Below, piece after piece: positions 38,461-51,700 of a stretch of DNA of 64,000 nucleotides; position 1 is the stretch's first letter; each line of letters opens with the position of its first letter. The position numbers and the translations under genes are program-made. The DNA comes from Eledone cirrhosa (Eukaryota): positions 8,308,001 to 8,372,000 of the forward strand of contig OZ024758.1 of assembly GCA_964016885.1 (NCBI GenBank), in the 5' to 3' direction. The notes below the pieces were generated by a model. The model did not search any database. It was not told where the DNA came from and saw only the letters and a program-made list of their open reading frames with translations.

Positions 38461-40494
38461 TTTTTTTTCAACACGATGACGCGTATATGTGTATGTGTGT
38501 GTGTGTGTATGTGCATATGCATACATTTATATGTATAAGTATATAAATATAAACACACAGACACAGACACACAAAAATACACACATACTCATACAACTCA
38601 CACACAGCGTAACAAATGGAATGCCAGCCACTGTTTTGCTATAGTTTTTTCACCATCCCCTTCCTTCCTTTTACACTCATACATTCACACACACATTGTG
38701 TTACAGATGGACAGACGGATGGAAGTTGCTCAAATTTATATATAGATATTTTTCCATGCTTGCATGGGTTTGATGGGTTGTCCACATTATATGGCAAGTC
38801 TCATTAGTTGGCCGCGCTGTACCTTCCTCAAACGGGACTGTATTTTGGCTGGGTTTTTACAGCTGGATGCCCTTCCTAACATCAACCACATCTACAGTGT
38901 GGAACCACATATATACATTTTTTTTTTACACCAACACATACATACATTTATACATACATACATACACACATTTATACATACATACATACACACATTTATA
39001 CATACATACATACACACATTTATACATACATACATACACACATTTATACATACATACATACACACATTTATACACATACATTTATACATACATACACATA
39101 CATACATACATACATACAAGCACACTCACACATACAAAGAATAACATACATTTCCTTTTTTTTCCAGATATATACACACACACCACACATCATCCATATA
39201 ATATATCATATTAGCCTACCGATCAAAAATATGAATAAATGCATCGGTGAGTGACATCCGCTGTTCCAAGTGATCCCTGTGAAAATAACATCCGGTTCCA
39301 CGACAGGTTTCAGTAGTCGAAACTCCAAGGCAAGGAACTTGGGAAACATTCTCAATCATAATGTAATTGGTGGGTGGTTTTTAAGTTAAGGAAATGAAAT
39401 TGAGAAAAAAATATATACAAATATACTCCAGGTTTAGTTGGTACTGAAACTCTCAATATTTGACCTCAAGATTTCCAGGTTAAATATTACTTTTCATATT
39501 TCTCATTTTCTTTATTATTTTTTTGTTCGTTTTTATTTTGTTTTGTTTTGTTTTGTTTTTTTTATCTTGTATTGATTTTTTTGTCTTTTAATTCCAATGT
39601 CGAATATGGTAATAAAATTCCTCATGAAATATTGTGACTGGAGATGAAAATTTTGCATAGAAATATTTTCTTTAAAGTCAAATATAAAATAGATACATTA
39701 AAATTCTGTGTCAATTCTCCTAAATAAACAGATGTATATTTGTTTTGATTTTTTTTTTTTTTTTTTTTTTAATTTCTAATATATATATATTTATATATGT
39801 GTATATATATATTTATGTATAATATACAGAAAATATATTTTAGAATTATAAAAATATAAGGGAAGAATTATGATATTAAAAAATTCACTAATATTATTTT
39901 GGTGAAATATCTAAGGAAATATACTCTCTCAGAAGAAAGAAAAAATTTTTAGATAATGAATAAACTAAAAAAAAAAAGAAAAAAATAAAGAAAGAAGCAG
40001 CTCCAATATAAGTGAAAAGCTACAAGTGACAAAAAAAAACTAACCCTATGCTTAAAACATAGGTAAATACTATAGCACTTAATGTATTCTCTGAAGAGAG
40101 TTACAGAGAAAATGTTTGGTAGAATAACAGAATAAGAAATTATTTTCATTTAGAATCATGATGTAGTCTTTTGTATATATATATGTATATATATATATAT
40201 ATATTTGTGTGTGTATGTATATATATCTTCAGGTAGCTGCTATTAGAGAACACAACCAGTTGCTAAGCATGGAGCTGTTGTGTTTCTTTATGTGTTGAAA
40301 ATCTACCATTTCCAGCCTCCTGCCGCTAACAGAACAAAACTCTGCTTGCAACTGCTACTAGTGTTGATCTTATAGATAATAACAAGACACTGTGTAACAC
40401 AGCTACTGCTACTACTGCTGCTGCTGCTACTGCTACTGCTATCTAATCAACATGTTTCATGGTCTTCGGCTTATTTATCTATCCTTTTTTTATT

Positions 40495-40535
40495 ATACAT
40501 GTGTGTGTGTGTGTGTATGTGTGTGTATGCATATA

Positions 40536-40572
<37 letters not shown>

Positions 40573-40696
40573 GTGCGTGTGTGTGTGTGTATACATGTGT
40601 GTATGTATATATATGTGTGTGTGTATATGTGTGTGTATGCATATATGTGTGTGTATGTATAATATATATATATATATGTGTGTGTGTATGCATATA

Positions 40697-40773
<77 letters not shown>

Positions 40774-40832
40774 ATATATATATGTGTGTGTGTGTGTATA
40801 TATATGTGTGTATGTATATATATGTGTGTATG

Positions 40833-40865
<33 letters not shown>

Positions 40866-41034
40866 ATGTGTGTGTGTATATGTGTGTGTATGCATATGTA
40901 TGTGCATATGTGTATGTATATATGTGTGTGTATGTGTATATACATATATATATATGTGTATGCATATATATGTGTGTTGTGTATGTGTATATATGTGTGT
41001 GTGTATGTGTATATATATATGTTTGTATGTGTGC

Positions 41035-41068
<34 letters not shown>
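40495..41068. repeat. Compound (TG)n/(TA)n microsatellite (similar tracts at 9300-9515, 13311-13570, 33421-33498, 33720-33905, 38935-39125, 41388-41905 and 45507-45900)
   Basis: Direct reading; source of the many Tyr/Ile/Cys/Val/His/Thr ORFs. Confidence 0.97.
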
Positions 41069-41072
<4 letters not shown>

Positions 41073-41141
41073 GGAGTACTCAATACCGATGTAGAGTTTT
41101 TATATTAATTATTAAATTTTTATATTTATTTTTATTAATAT

Positions 41142-41191
41142 TCTTGTCTGATGACCCTGTGGTAAACAGGCGAAACTCCAGGGTAACAAGA
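41142..41191 (+). ncRNA. Type I hammerhead ribozyme motif (near-intact)
   Basis: TCTTGT-CTGATGA-C-CCTGT(GGTAA)ACAGG-C-GAAA-CTC(CA)GGG-TA-ACAAGA: 6-bp stem I, full CUGAUGA/GAAA core, 5-bp stem II, short stem III and GUA cleavage triplet. C.C replaces the canonical G10.1-C11.1 pair. Confidence 0.75.
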
Positions 41192-41396
41192 CTCACTTTT
41201 TAGCCTTGATACTATACAATGTATATACAATGTATATACAATGTATATATAATGTATATATAATGTATATATAATGTATATATATCATTTGTGTTGGATT
41301 AAATCAACCAGAGCATCGAATGACATGGCTTAGGAGACTTAATGATAAAAATACCACAGACTTGACGGCTGTAATAGTAACTGGTATACGCACACA

Positions 41397-41431
<35 letters not shown>

Positions 41432-43141
41432 TTATATACACACTTTCAAACATACAGACATACAAACAAACATTCATACACACACTCACAAAAACACAAA
41501 CATATTCACATACACTCACAAACATACACATACAAACATTCACACACACACACTCTCTCTCAAACATACACACACACAAACATATTCACATACACTCACA
41601 AACATACACACACAAACATATTCACATACACACTCACAAACATATTCACATACACACTCACAAACACACACACACACTCAAAAACACTCACATACACACT
41701 CAATAACATACATGCTCACACACACACACACACACACACATATTCACATACTCACAAACAGTCACATACTCACAAACATTCACACATACACACTCACAAA
41801 CATACACATGCAGGCACACGCATACACATACACAGAATGACTACATATACACATACACAGAATGACTACATATACACACACACATACACAGAATGACTAC
41901 ATATAGTCTAGAAGAGCTCACAATATATACCTAATACCCATTTATTAGTGTGATAAGATTATATTTGAATTAATAGTACATTTGTTCAACTACTTAAAAC
42001 TAGGAACAGAAAGCAGAATAAATCGCCTCTAAATATCATTTGCAGGCCTTTTTCTTTTTTCTTACAAAGCTTTTATAGTTGAGGAAAAGAAATGTAAATA
42101 ACAAGAAATGTAAATAAGAAAGGCTACTTATTTAGCCATTGTTATAACTATTATCATCTAATAAGCAATAGACTGCTCACAAAAGAACAGAGTATTGATA
42201 AAATCAACATGTGGATTAGCACAATCAGTAGAACATTGGATAAGGTTTTGTGGCATAGAGTTATGTCCCTTTATATTCTGAATTCTGAGTTCAAATCCTG
42301 CCGAGGTTAGTTTTGCCTTTCATCCTCAAGGGGGTCAATAAAATAACGTACCAGTAACACACTGGTGTCGATTTAAACATCTTTCTCCCTCCTCCCAAAG
42401 TTGCTGGCCTTGTCCCTAAATCAGAAACCATTATTAATGTCATCTGGTAGATTGGCATAATCAGTAGAGCATTGGATGATATGCCTTGGGGTGTAGGTGT
42501 AGTGTTGCGTTCCTTTATGTTCTGAATTTTCAGTTCAAATCCTGCCAAGGTTAGCTTTGCATTTCATTCTTACGGGGGTCGATAAAATAAAATAAAGTAC
42601 CAGTAATATATTGGTGTCAATTTAATCGACTTTTCTTTTTGGCCCAAATTGTTGGCCTTGTGCCTTAATCAGAAATCATTAATGTCATCTTTAAGATATT
42701 TCAATATCTATAAATTGTAAGAAATAATAATCACAAATTCTTTTTTTAACTTTTACTTTTTACTGTCTTCAATGAAATTTTCCTGCAGAGCACATGTAGG
42801 TGTTCCAGTCATTTCAGTGATTTTTTAAATTAAATCCTTTGTATGCTAGTGAAGAATTAACTGGTGGACAAAATTGTGAATGTGTTATCCTAGAAGGGTT
42901 AATACATAGACTAAGCCAACCCACCACTAATAAATATAAACAAAACAAGTGTCGTAGAAATATCCTGAGCATTAGACTAGAACTGAACATTTCAGCTCTT
43001 TTACAGAACTGAACAAAATAACAGCAAAAGTCTCACTCAAATGAAACCTTATTATCTTAAAAAAGTGAAGTAGATATTAGATAACATAGTCCAAGATACT
43101 TTCAAAGATGGGATGGTCACAGCTGGAATCATCATCACTGT

Positions 43142-43370
43142 TTAACCCTTTAGCATTTAAACCAGCCCTATCTGGCCAGAATTCTCTCACCTCTTTCTGT
43201 TCAAACAAGCTGTAACCAGCCACTCATACTGATATTAAGGTATTGTTCTCAAAATAAATGATATCAAAATCTCATAGATTCTATATTATGTGAGATAATT
43301 ATGTGAAGTAAAGCCTTTACCACAAAAATATAATAGTATATAGAGAGTAATGTAAATGTTAAAGGGTTAA
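43142..43370. mobile_element. piggyBac-like MITE (other copies at about 5556-5742, 20941-21156, 37023-37230, 37926-38130, 44758-44983, 59987-60214 and 60491-60723)
   Basis: TTAA-CCCTTTAGCATTTA ... TAAATG(C/T)TAAAGGG-TTAA: TTAA target and CCC/GGG termini, about 200-230 bp, no ORF. Confidence 0.85.
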
Positions 43371-43879
43371 TGTCCATTTTTCCACGCTAGCATGGGTTAT
43401 TGAATTGTCCCGTTGTGAGACAAGCCACATTTATAATGTAGACTGGGGAGTCTTTGATAAAAGGTCTGTTCAAACATCACTAAATAACAACTTCCAATAA
43501 AAATGTATATCTATTGAAAATCTCAAAACTGAACCAACAGAATGCATTATCAGTAAATGGACATCAAACACAGTTATCTTGCTGGACTATGATTTCTTGT
43601 ATTTAATGATCATTAATACTATTGTTATGATTGTTTAAGTCAAGAAATGGGGCAATCAATGCTTGTTGTTAAAGCAGAGTATAATAGCAGATGAAATGAG
43701 AAATGCAGGAGATGGGGACAAGATGTAGAAGCTTTTGATGGTGTTGTGGGGGGAAAACCCTGAATAGAAATGCAAAAGATTTAAACTTAATGAACTAACC
43801 CCAGACAAATCTTTTTGGTACTGACTGGATGGAGCTGTTCGACTTATGGGATTTACCCATAAATATTTTTGGTAAATAT

Positions 43880-44600
43880 GTAATTGGATCATCTGCCAGT
43901 TCCAATAAAGAGTCAGAAAATTAAAAAAAAAGAATTGAAAAAGTGGTTCCCTGATGCTTCTTCAGACGAGTTAGGTTGTTGTACTAAAACTACTGCTAAA
44001 TTTCAAGTGAAAGAAAATGTGAGACCTGTATTTAAACCAAAACATAATGTACCATTTGCAGCGTTAGATCAATAAAGAATTAGATAGACTGTAAAAAATG
44101 GGAGTGATTGAAAAAATTGACCACACAGAGTGGCTGGCTCCAGCAATGTATGTAAAAAAAAAAAAATTTAATTTGTGTATGCGCAAACTTTTCGACAGAA
44201 CTAAAATGTTTAAGACCACACAACTACCCATTGCCAAGTCTTGAGGACATCCTAGTGAGATTAAACAGTGGAAAATTTTTCTCGAAATTAAACTTTTCTG
44301 ATGCTTACCTACAAATACAAGTTGAAGATGAATGTACAAAGTTGTTGACAATAAATACACATAAAGGTTTGTACAAATTTAACCGACTTCCCTTTGGCAT
44401 AAAAGTTGGTCTGGCTATATTCCAGCAAGTGATGGATACAATGCTTGTAGAGTGTGATTTCACGACTGCCTACTTGGACGATGTATTAATTAAAAGTCAA
44501 TCTCATGGTCAGCATGTAGAGCATGTTAAGTGTGTTTTTGAAAAGATAAGAGAGTATGGGTTCAAACTCAGTGATGAAAAGTGTGAATTTTTCTTGATCT
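43880..44600 (+). pseudogene. Ty3/Gypsy LTR retrotransposon pol (RT) fragment
   Basis: PVFKPKHNVPFA, LPSLEDIL..FSKLNFSDAYLQI, GLYKFNRLPFGIK..AIFQ..MD and AYLDD catalytic motif, with frameshifts and stops. Confidence 0.9.
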
Positions 44601-45543
44601 ACATAGTGTTAACTCGTTACGGTTGAGTCAATTTCAGACATGAAATACATTGTTATTGGTGAATGAAATAAGATTCTAATTGGTTGCGCTCAAAGTGTCC
44701 TTGACCCAGTTGACTGTGGGTTTTTCCATTTTAATCTATCTCCAGTAAAATTTTATTTTAACCCTTTAGCATTTAAACTGGCCATATCCAGCCAGAATTC
44801 TCTCACCTCTTTCTGTTTAAACCAGCCATAACTGGCTGCTCATATTGATGTTAAGGTATTGTTCTCAAAATAAATAATATCAAAATTTTGTTTATTCGAT
44901 TTATGTGAAATAATTATGTGGGATAATGTGTTTACCATGAAAATACAATAGTTTATAGAGAGTAATGTAAATGCTAAAGGGTTAAGTGGTAGCATTCCTG
45001 TGATAATTTTAGTCATTAAAAAAACATTATACATGACAGAAAAATGTACATTACTAGAAATCTCATATGTTATAAATTAAATAGGATGGGTTGGGGGTCT
45101 CAATATGTGAACTAAATGACTAATTCTGGTTTTTAAAAAAAAATCAATGGAGACAACTTAGAAAAATTATCGATTTTCCAATCCCCACCCTCCTATTATT
45201 TGGGACAGAAGAGTACTGGAAACATGGAGTCCTATAATGAAAAGATAACTGCGTTATTAAAGGGATATTAAGTTACTCTGCATGTCATGTAATCTAAGAT
45301 TAATTAAATAAGTTATGAGGAGAATTGTCTGATTAATCAGGCTAATTAGCTCCCACCCCTCACCCATCCTCTCCCCCGCCCTCCCCACCACACATACTCA
45401 ATATATAACTAGATTCCAACTGAAAATGAAACTTTCCTTCCTTTTCAAAAACTGAAACTTCAGAATGTAACATGGTGGAACTACAGATGATGGGATAAAC
45501 ACAACTTGTGTGTGTGTGTGTGTGTGTGTGTGTTTTTGTGTGT

Positions 45544-45579
<36 letters not shown>

Positions 45580-47273
45580 CTGTGTGTCTGTGTGTCTGTG
45601 TGTGTGTCTGTGTGTCTGTGTGTGTGTCTGTGTGTGTCTGTGTCTGTGTGTGTGTATGTCTGTGTGTATGTCTGTCTGTGTGTATCTGTGTGTGTGTATC
45701 TGTGTGTCTAACTGTGTGTGTGTGTGTCTGCCTGTCTGTGTGTGTCTGACTGTATGTGTGTGTATGTGTCTGTGTGTGTCTGTTTGTGTGTGTATGTGTG
45801 TGTGTATGTCTGTGTGTGTATGTCTGTGTGTGTGTGTATATATACATATATAAAAACTCTGATATATATATATATATATAGATATATAGATATATATATA
45901 TCAGAGTTTTTTTAATTCAGATTCTGTTACATGATTTGGGAATGTTTAAATGAGAAACTAATTAGGAAAATCCTTCAATCAGGTTGCCATGGTGTCCAGT
46001 TACCAATTGATGGAGGCAGTCTGTATATCCTACTGCAATATATTCTTCACAAACATACCTCACATAGTCATATACATACTATATAGGGGTCACTTTTAAA
46101 ATAACACTCTATTGCTACAACTCTACGGGGGTCAGTTGAAAAGTTCACAGACTGACCAAGATACTCTCATGGAATGACCAAAGGAGGCTTATTTTTCAAC
46201 ATTAGTCCCTGGAAAAAAAAAAATAATTGAAAACAATGCATGCAAGATTTCGCAGCTCTAGCATCACTCCTTCAGAGTCAGTCTATGAAGGGTTTCTATA
46301 ACCATTTCATTACCATATTTCTGATGAAAACAATCTTTTTTTTTATGGAGAAATTTACTAAAATAAACTTTGCTATTATGTATCTGGTGACTGGAATGTA
46401 ACATAAAGGTTCTTAAATAAAATTATGTAAGAGTTTTAGATAGATATAAACACTAACGAACCCTTTCATTACCATAATTCTGATGAAAATATTTTTTTTT
46501 AAATTGGAGATATTTAGTAAAATAACAAAATTTCCTATAACGAAGGTTCTTAAATAAAATTATGATGGATTTTAAAATAATATAAACACTTTAAAATAAA
46601 GAGTTTTGTATTGTATAAAATTAGTTTAAGGTGGTTCACTACGAAAAAGGTTTAATCAAGAAAAACCTGCCTCTTTTCCTTTATCCCAATAATACATTAA
46701 CCCTGTTGATACCAACATGTTCAAAATCGCTCCCGTTTCTATCAAACAAAATCACCCACTTTAAAGAGATCCTTTTAAATTAATTTTTATTGAATAAACT
46801 TTTTTTATTTATTCCATTTTGTGCAGTGGAATCTTGGTTCATGAACGCCTCTCGTCGCGTCGGATCGGATCCTAAACAATTTTCCCTAACATAAGACGTC
46901 ACGGTCAACAAGTAGTGTCTCGAGTAATGAATACACAAACCAGCAACAACGGTTGGTGACAAGCTGGGACTATCAGAGGGAAAGTGTCACTTGCTGTGTA
47001 GTTAGTTACCATGATGATATCTATCCCTCTTTCACAGTCTCTCTCTCTCACAGTCTCTCTCTCTCATTGTTTCTCTCTCTCAACCTATGGGAAAAATAGT
47101 TTCGCTTTACAAACATTTCGAGAGATGAACGACCTTCGGGAATGAATTAAGTTCATGAACCAAAGTTCTTCTGTATTTCTTCTCCCTCCCAAGGTGTTGT
47201 TTGGTCAGTTTTAGTTTAGTTTTTATTTATTCCATTTCGTATATATAAACACAATTTATGTAATATGTATAAT

Positions 47274-47461
47274 TGTTTCTACGTTAGGCACAAGGCCAGC
47301 AATTACCCAGTGCATTACTGGTTCTTTATTTTATCGACCCCGTAAGGATGAAAGGCAAAGTTAACCTTGGCGGGATTTGAACTCAGAACGGCAAGGGCCG
47401 TAACTCTATGCGTCAAGGCAAGTCGTCCAACCCTCTACCAATACTGCCAATCCACCGCTCT
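47274..47461 (-). mobile_element. SINE family A, full length, 15-bp TSD
   Basis: TGTAATATGTATAAT at 47259-47273 and 47462-47476. Confidence 0.9.
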
Positions 47462-48167
47462 TGTAATATGTATAATAAATATGAAATATTGAAAAGAAAC
47501 AAATCAATAGAAATCAATCAAAGAAAAAGAGAAAGTAGCATTGTAAAAGACTATAAATGGTAAGAAAAGGAGGGAAAGGGTGAGGATTAAAGGCAACAGA
47601 AGAAAGGGGGAAGGGGAGAGGGTGACAGACACTACACCTAAGTGAGAGGGTGTTTCAATTAAAATATTCCAATATAATTTGATATAAGAACTGTTTGTTA
47701 TGTTGGAAATACCATTTTAATAATGAAATAATTATTTTAATTAATTCTTTCAAATTCTTCATTAAATAAATGAATAGAAGATAAAGAGCGAGATGAGGCA
47801 GGGGGAGAAAAATAGGAAAAAAAAATGAGAAAAAACACAAATGCGAGTATTCACTGAATCATACAAACAAACATACAAAAGATAAGTTTCCATATTGCGA
47901 TATCTTGATACAAGAAATGTACTGTTGAATAATTGAATACATATATATAATATATATAATATATATATATATATATATAACGAAGGAAATGTGGTAAGGA
48001 ACCAGGTGGACCATAACGCACCAAAGTACTCAATACTTAGGGTAGTAGAGTGGGTAATAGGAACAAGTAAGACCCCGACGGCTGAGCTCAAGCCGTTTCG
48101 ACGGCTAATTCTGTACTGAATTAGCCATCGAAACGGCTTGAGCTCAGCCGTCGGGGTCTTACTTGTT

Positions 48168-48202
<35 letters not shown>

Positions 48203-48480
48203 CAAGTAAGTTTCGTTTACATATGAAAAATATTTATTGTGCCTTTCGCAGAGGATTGGCTCAAGGCAACCCATAGGAGTTATGGACCCGACTCCAGTAT
48301 CGATCTGCTCCTATATATATATCATCATCATCATCATCATCGTTTAACGTCCATCTTCCACGCTAGCATGGGTAGAATGGGCTATCTCTTTGTGAAGGAT
48401 CAGGCCAGGGGACAGTGATTCGCTCACTCAGAACTCATTTGTCTCTGGTTTCAACGGATGGATGCCCTTCCTAACACCAA

Positions 48481-48778
48481 CCACTTTACAGTGTGGACTG
48501 GGTACTTTATGTTGTGACATCTACATGACCACTTTACATTGTGGACTGGGTACTTTTTGTCGTGACATCTACATGACCACTTTACAGTGTGGACTGGGTA
48601 CTTTTTGTCGTGACATCTACATGACCACTTTACAGTGTGGACTGGGTACTTTATGTTGTGACATCTACATGACCACTTTACAGTGTGGACTGGGTACTTT
48701 ATGTTGTGACATCTACATGACCACTTTACATTGTGTACTGGGCATTTCTTATGTCACCAACACAACCACTTTACAGTG
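48481..48778. repeat. 48-bp minisatellite, about 6 copies, grown from SINE B
   Basis: CCACTTTACAGTGTGGACTGGGTACTTT.TGT.GTGACATCTACATGA repeated directly after GGATGCCCTTCCTAACACCAA. Confidence 0.92.
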
Positions 48779-51700
48779 TATAAATATCTTTTCCCAAAGT
48801 GTGTATACATTTTATTGGTTGACTCTGTATGTGAAAATAAAAACAAATTCCTTGAAGTTAGATTCAACAGAAAATAAAATCTACCATTGAAATAACAATG
48901 TACTTATTGCTGTCAAATTTGACATGAAGTTCATCTCCAAAGCCAGTAATGAGAAAATAACTGTAGCACACATCATAATTCAAAATAAATAGGTAGTTAT
49001 AGCTAGATGTATTCATTTCAGACATAGCTCTGTTGCTGTTTCAACAAAATCCCTACAGCAATGGGATAGTTGATGTACAGGCAGGAAGATGTCACTATAA
49101 AAGAGACTCTGATGATGAAAACGGTTTATTGACCTTCTAACTAATCTTTCAACTCAACATTTAACTACTGCACTAATCTCGTTATTTCTCCCTCTCTAAC
49201 TAAATTATACCTTTTCCCATCTCCATTTAAAAGCTTTTAAATGACCATGGCAATTACTTCCAGGCTTAGAAAAAATTGTTCTTTAACTAACTTTTCAAAT
49301 GTATGAGTTGAGTTGCTAATAAGATTATAATTTTCCAGACTATAATGAGGAAACACTTGCATGAGGGGTTTCTTCTCTGAAGATTTTCAGCTCTCCTGAG
49401 AGTTTCTTTGCCACTTTTATAATCTTTACACCTACATAAAGATTATATTTCCAAATGTTATCAGGTGTCTTGTTTCTAGATATGTACATAGTCATAAACT
49501 AATAGCCTTTATTTCGAAACTAAGAATAATAATGTAATTCAATGAGCCACTGCAATTTTAGGCTATGTATATTAACCTGCTTCAGGGTTGAGTGGTTGGC
49601 ATCTAAACAGGCTCCCTCACCAGACTCTGGTCTGGTGAGGAGTGCAAGTGGAACTTTATTTTATGTTGCTCCAATTCACTCAGCTAGCAAAGATGAGTTA
49701 TACCTGTCATTCAAGGGGCCAGCCTAGTCACATATTGTGTCACGCTAAATCTACTACCTAAGAACTACATTAATGTTCAATCACTTACACATTAATTTCA
49801 CAAGTAGGCAGTGCCATCGATTGATTCAACTGGAGTGCTTGTCATCAGAAAAGACAGAGGTCCAACAACAATATAGTATGGTATGGACCTGTAACTCATG
49901 ATGGAGTCATGTGGGTACTGTATGGACAGTGTTTCTTGGGCATTTTAAACCTGACAGAGCCCATTCTTCTCGAGGTCTGAGTACAGCAGATTTCTTCCAG
50001 AGAAGGATAGAAAGTGATAGAATGGAAGTAAGAAAGAGATATAGAGGAAGGATCAACCCCAGTACTAGACTGGTACTTTTTTTTTTTTTATTATTAAACT
50101 CGAATGTATGAAAGGCAAAGTTGACTTCAGCGGGATTTGAACTGAGAGAACAAAGAGCCAAGACAAATATCTCAAAGCATTCTATCTGACATTCTAACAA
50201 CTCAGCCCATTCTTTACCTTCATAATATCATTTTGTTAAACTTTATTCTTTCATAATCTAAATACACATTAAGCACTTGGAAAACTATTCAGATATTTTT
50301 CATCAATGAAAGTCCATGATCTAAATTCTAAATGAAAAATGAAATCTAGTCTTAAATCTTTTAAAAGTAAAAAGAAACATTTATGATCTCTTGATCTCGT
50401 ATTTGGTACAAATTTCAATTCAAAAATATCAAAGTACTTTTATTTTTTAAATTTTACTTTATTGATTTGTTCTAGAGAAAGGAGGCGTCTGTGTCTATGG
50501 CAGCTCTCCATGACCTGTGAGACTGAGGCAAATGTAGTCAATAATAGGATTTTACAGTGTTTCTGCTACAAATCTGAACTGAACACTTGTTTCAAAGATG
50601 TTATTGTTTATTTTTTAATACAGAACAAAAAACAAACAAACAATAAAAGAAAAGAAAACAGATTTAACCATTTAGTTACCAACCTGGCCAAAACCAGCTC
50701 TGGCTATATGAAATAAAATCACCCATTTTAAAGGTTTCCAATTTAAATTTAAATCCTCCAACATAATTCTATATAAGAACTTTACATTAACTCACTATCT
50801 CGGTAATGAAATAATTAATAATTTTAATGAATCCCTCAATATTCTTCATTAATTAATTAAAATTGGAAATGCAGTTATGAAAGAGTTAAGCTGAGATTAA
50901 AGTAATTCCTCTATTTCTTTGCAATGAAACACTCCAGCAATATAATTCTGATATGCTAACATAAAAGACTCTAGCCACTTCTAGTTTGAAATTCTATGTG
51001 AATTACTATTCAGATCATATAGTGAACTTTTCTTTACAAGTAAAACTCTTAAAATAAGTGTGAAAAAGTAATTTTCAAGCAGCAATTTAGAAACAATCAA
51101 TATTTGGTTTTGCTTGAAATGAAAGATAATAGATTTCTGATTTTGTGTACATAAGCAGCACGGCCTTAAATCAATAACAGATGTCACTAAACCTGATTCA
51201 ACTATTGATTTGGGTGTATAACAAGCAGAGAAAACATGCACAATTTTTCTAAGTATTGGTAAGAGAATTCAAACTTATAATGGAGAGAGAACTGAATCAA
51301 TAAATAGATTTTAAAAATCAAATATATCAATCACTAATACAAAATGCATTAACAATAAGAATATTTTTAAAGATTTCCTCATCTACTTCTTGAATCCAAA
51401 TTATAAATTGAATGGGAGTGCAAATTCACATATTCACATCATTTGTTGAATCAGATATTTTGAGGTAAATTTGTGCAATTGCTGTAAGATTGAGCTTAGA
51501 TGGGTGGGGGCCACAAGATGACTTGATAATAGCATACTGTATGAAGACTAGTTGAGAAAAAGTGGTGGGTGTGATGTGGTTGACTTAATCGTAATACAGT
51601 GAATGAAGACCAGTTTAGATAAGTGGGTGGGCACCACAAAGTTGACTTGATCATAGTACTGTGTATTAGGTGCTGAGCTGGCCAACCGCAGGTGTGACCC

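Noticed and set aside
44231-44626. Reverse transcriptase ORF as the possible mobiliser of the hammerhead cassettes or as a retron-like system
   Set aside because: It is a frameshifted Ty3/Gypsy fragment with no LTRs or other domains, and nothing links it to the cassettes.
49109-49130. CTGATGATGAAAAC hammerhead-like core (also CCGAAGA..GAAAC on the minus strand near 40450-40470)
   Set aside because: No room for stem II and no stem I complement; likely chance.
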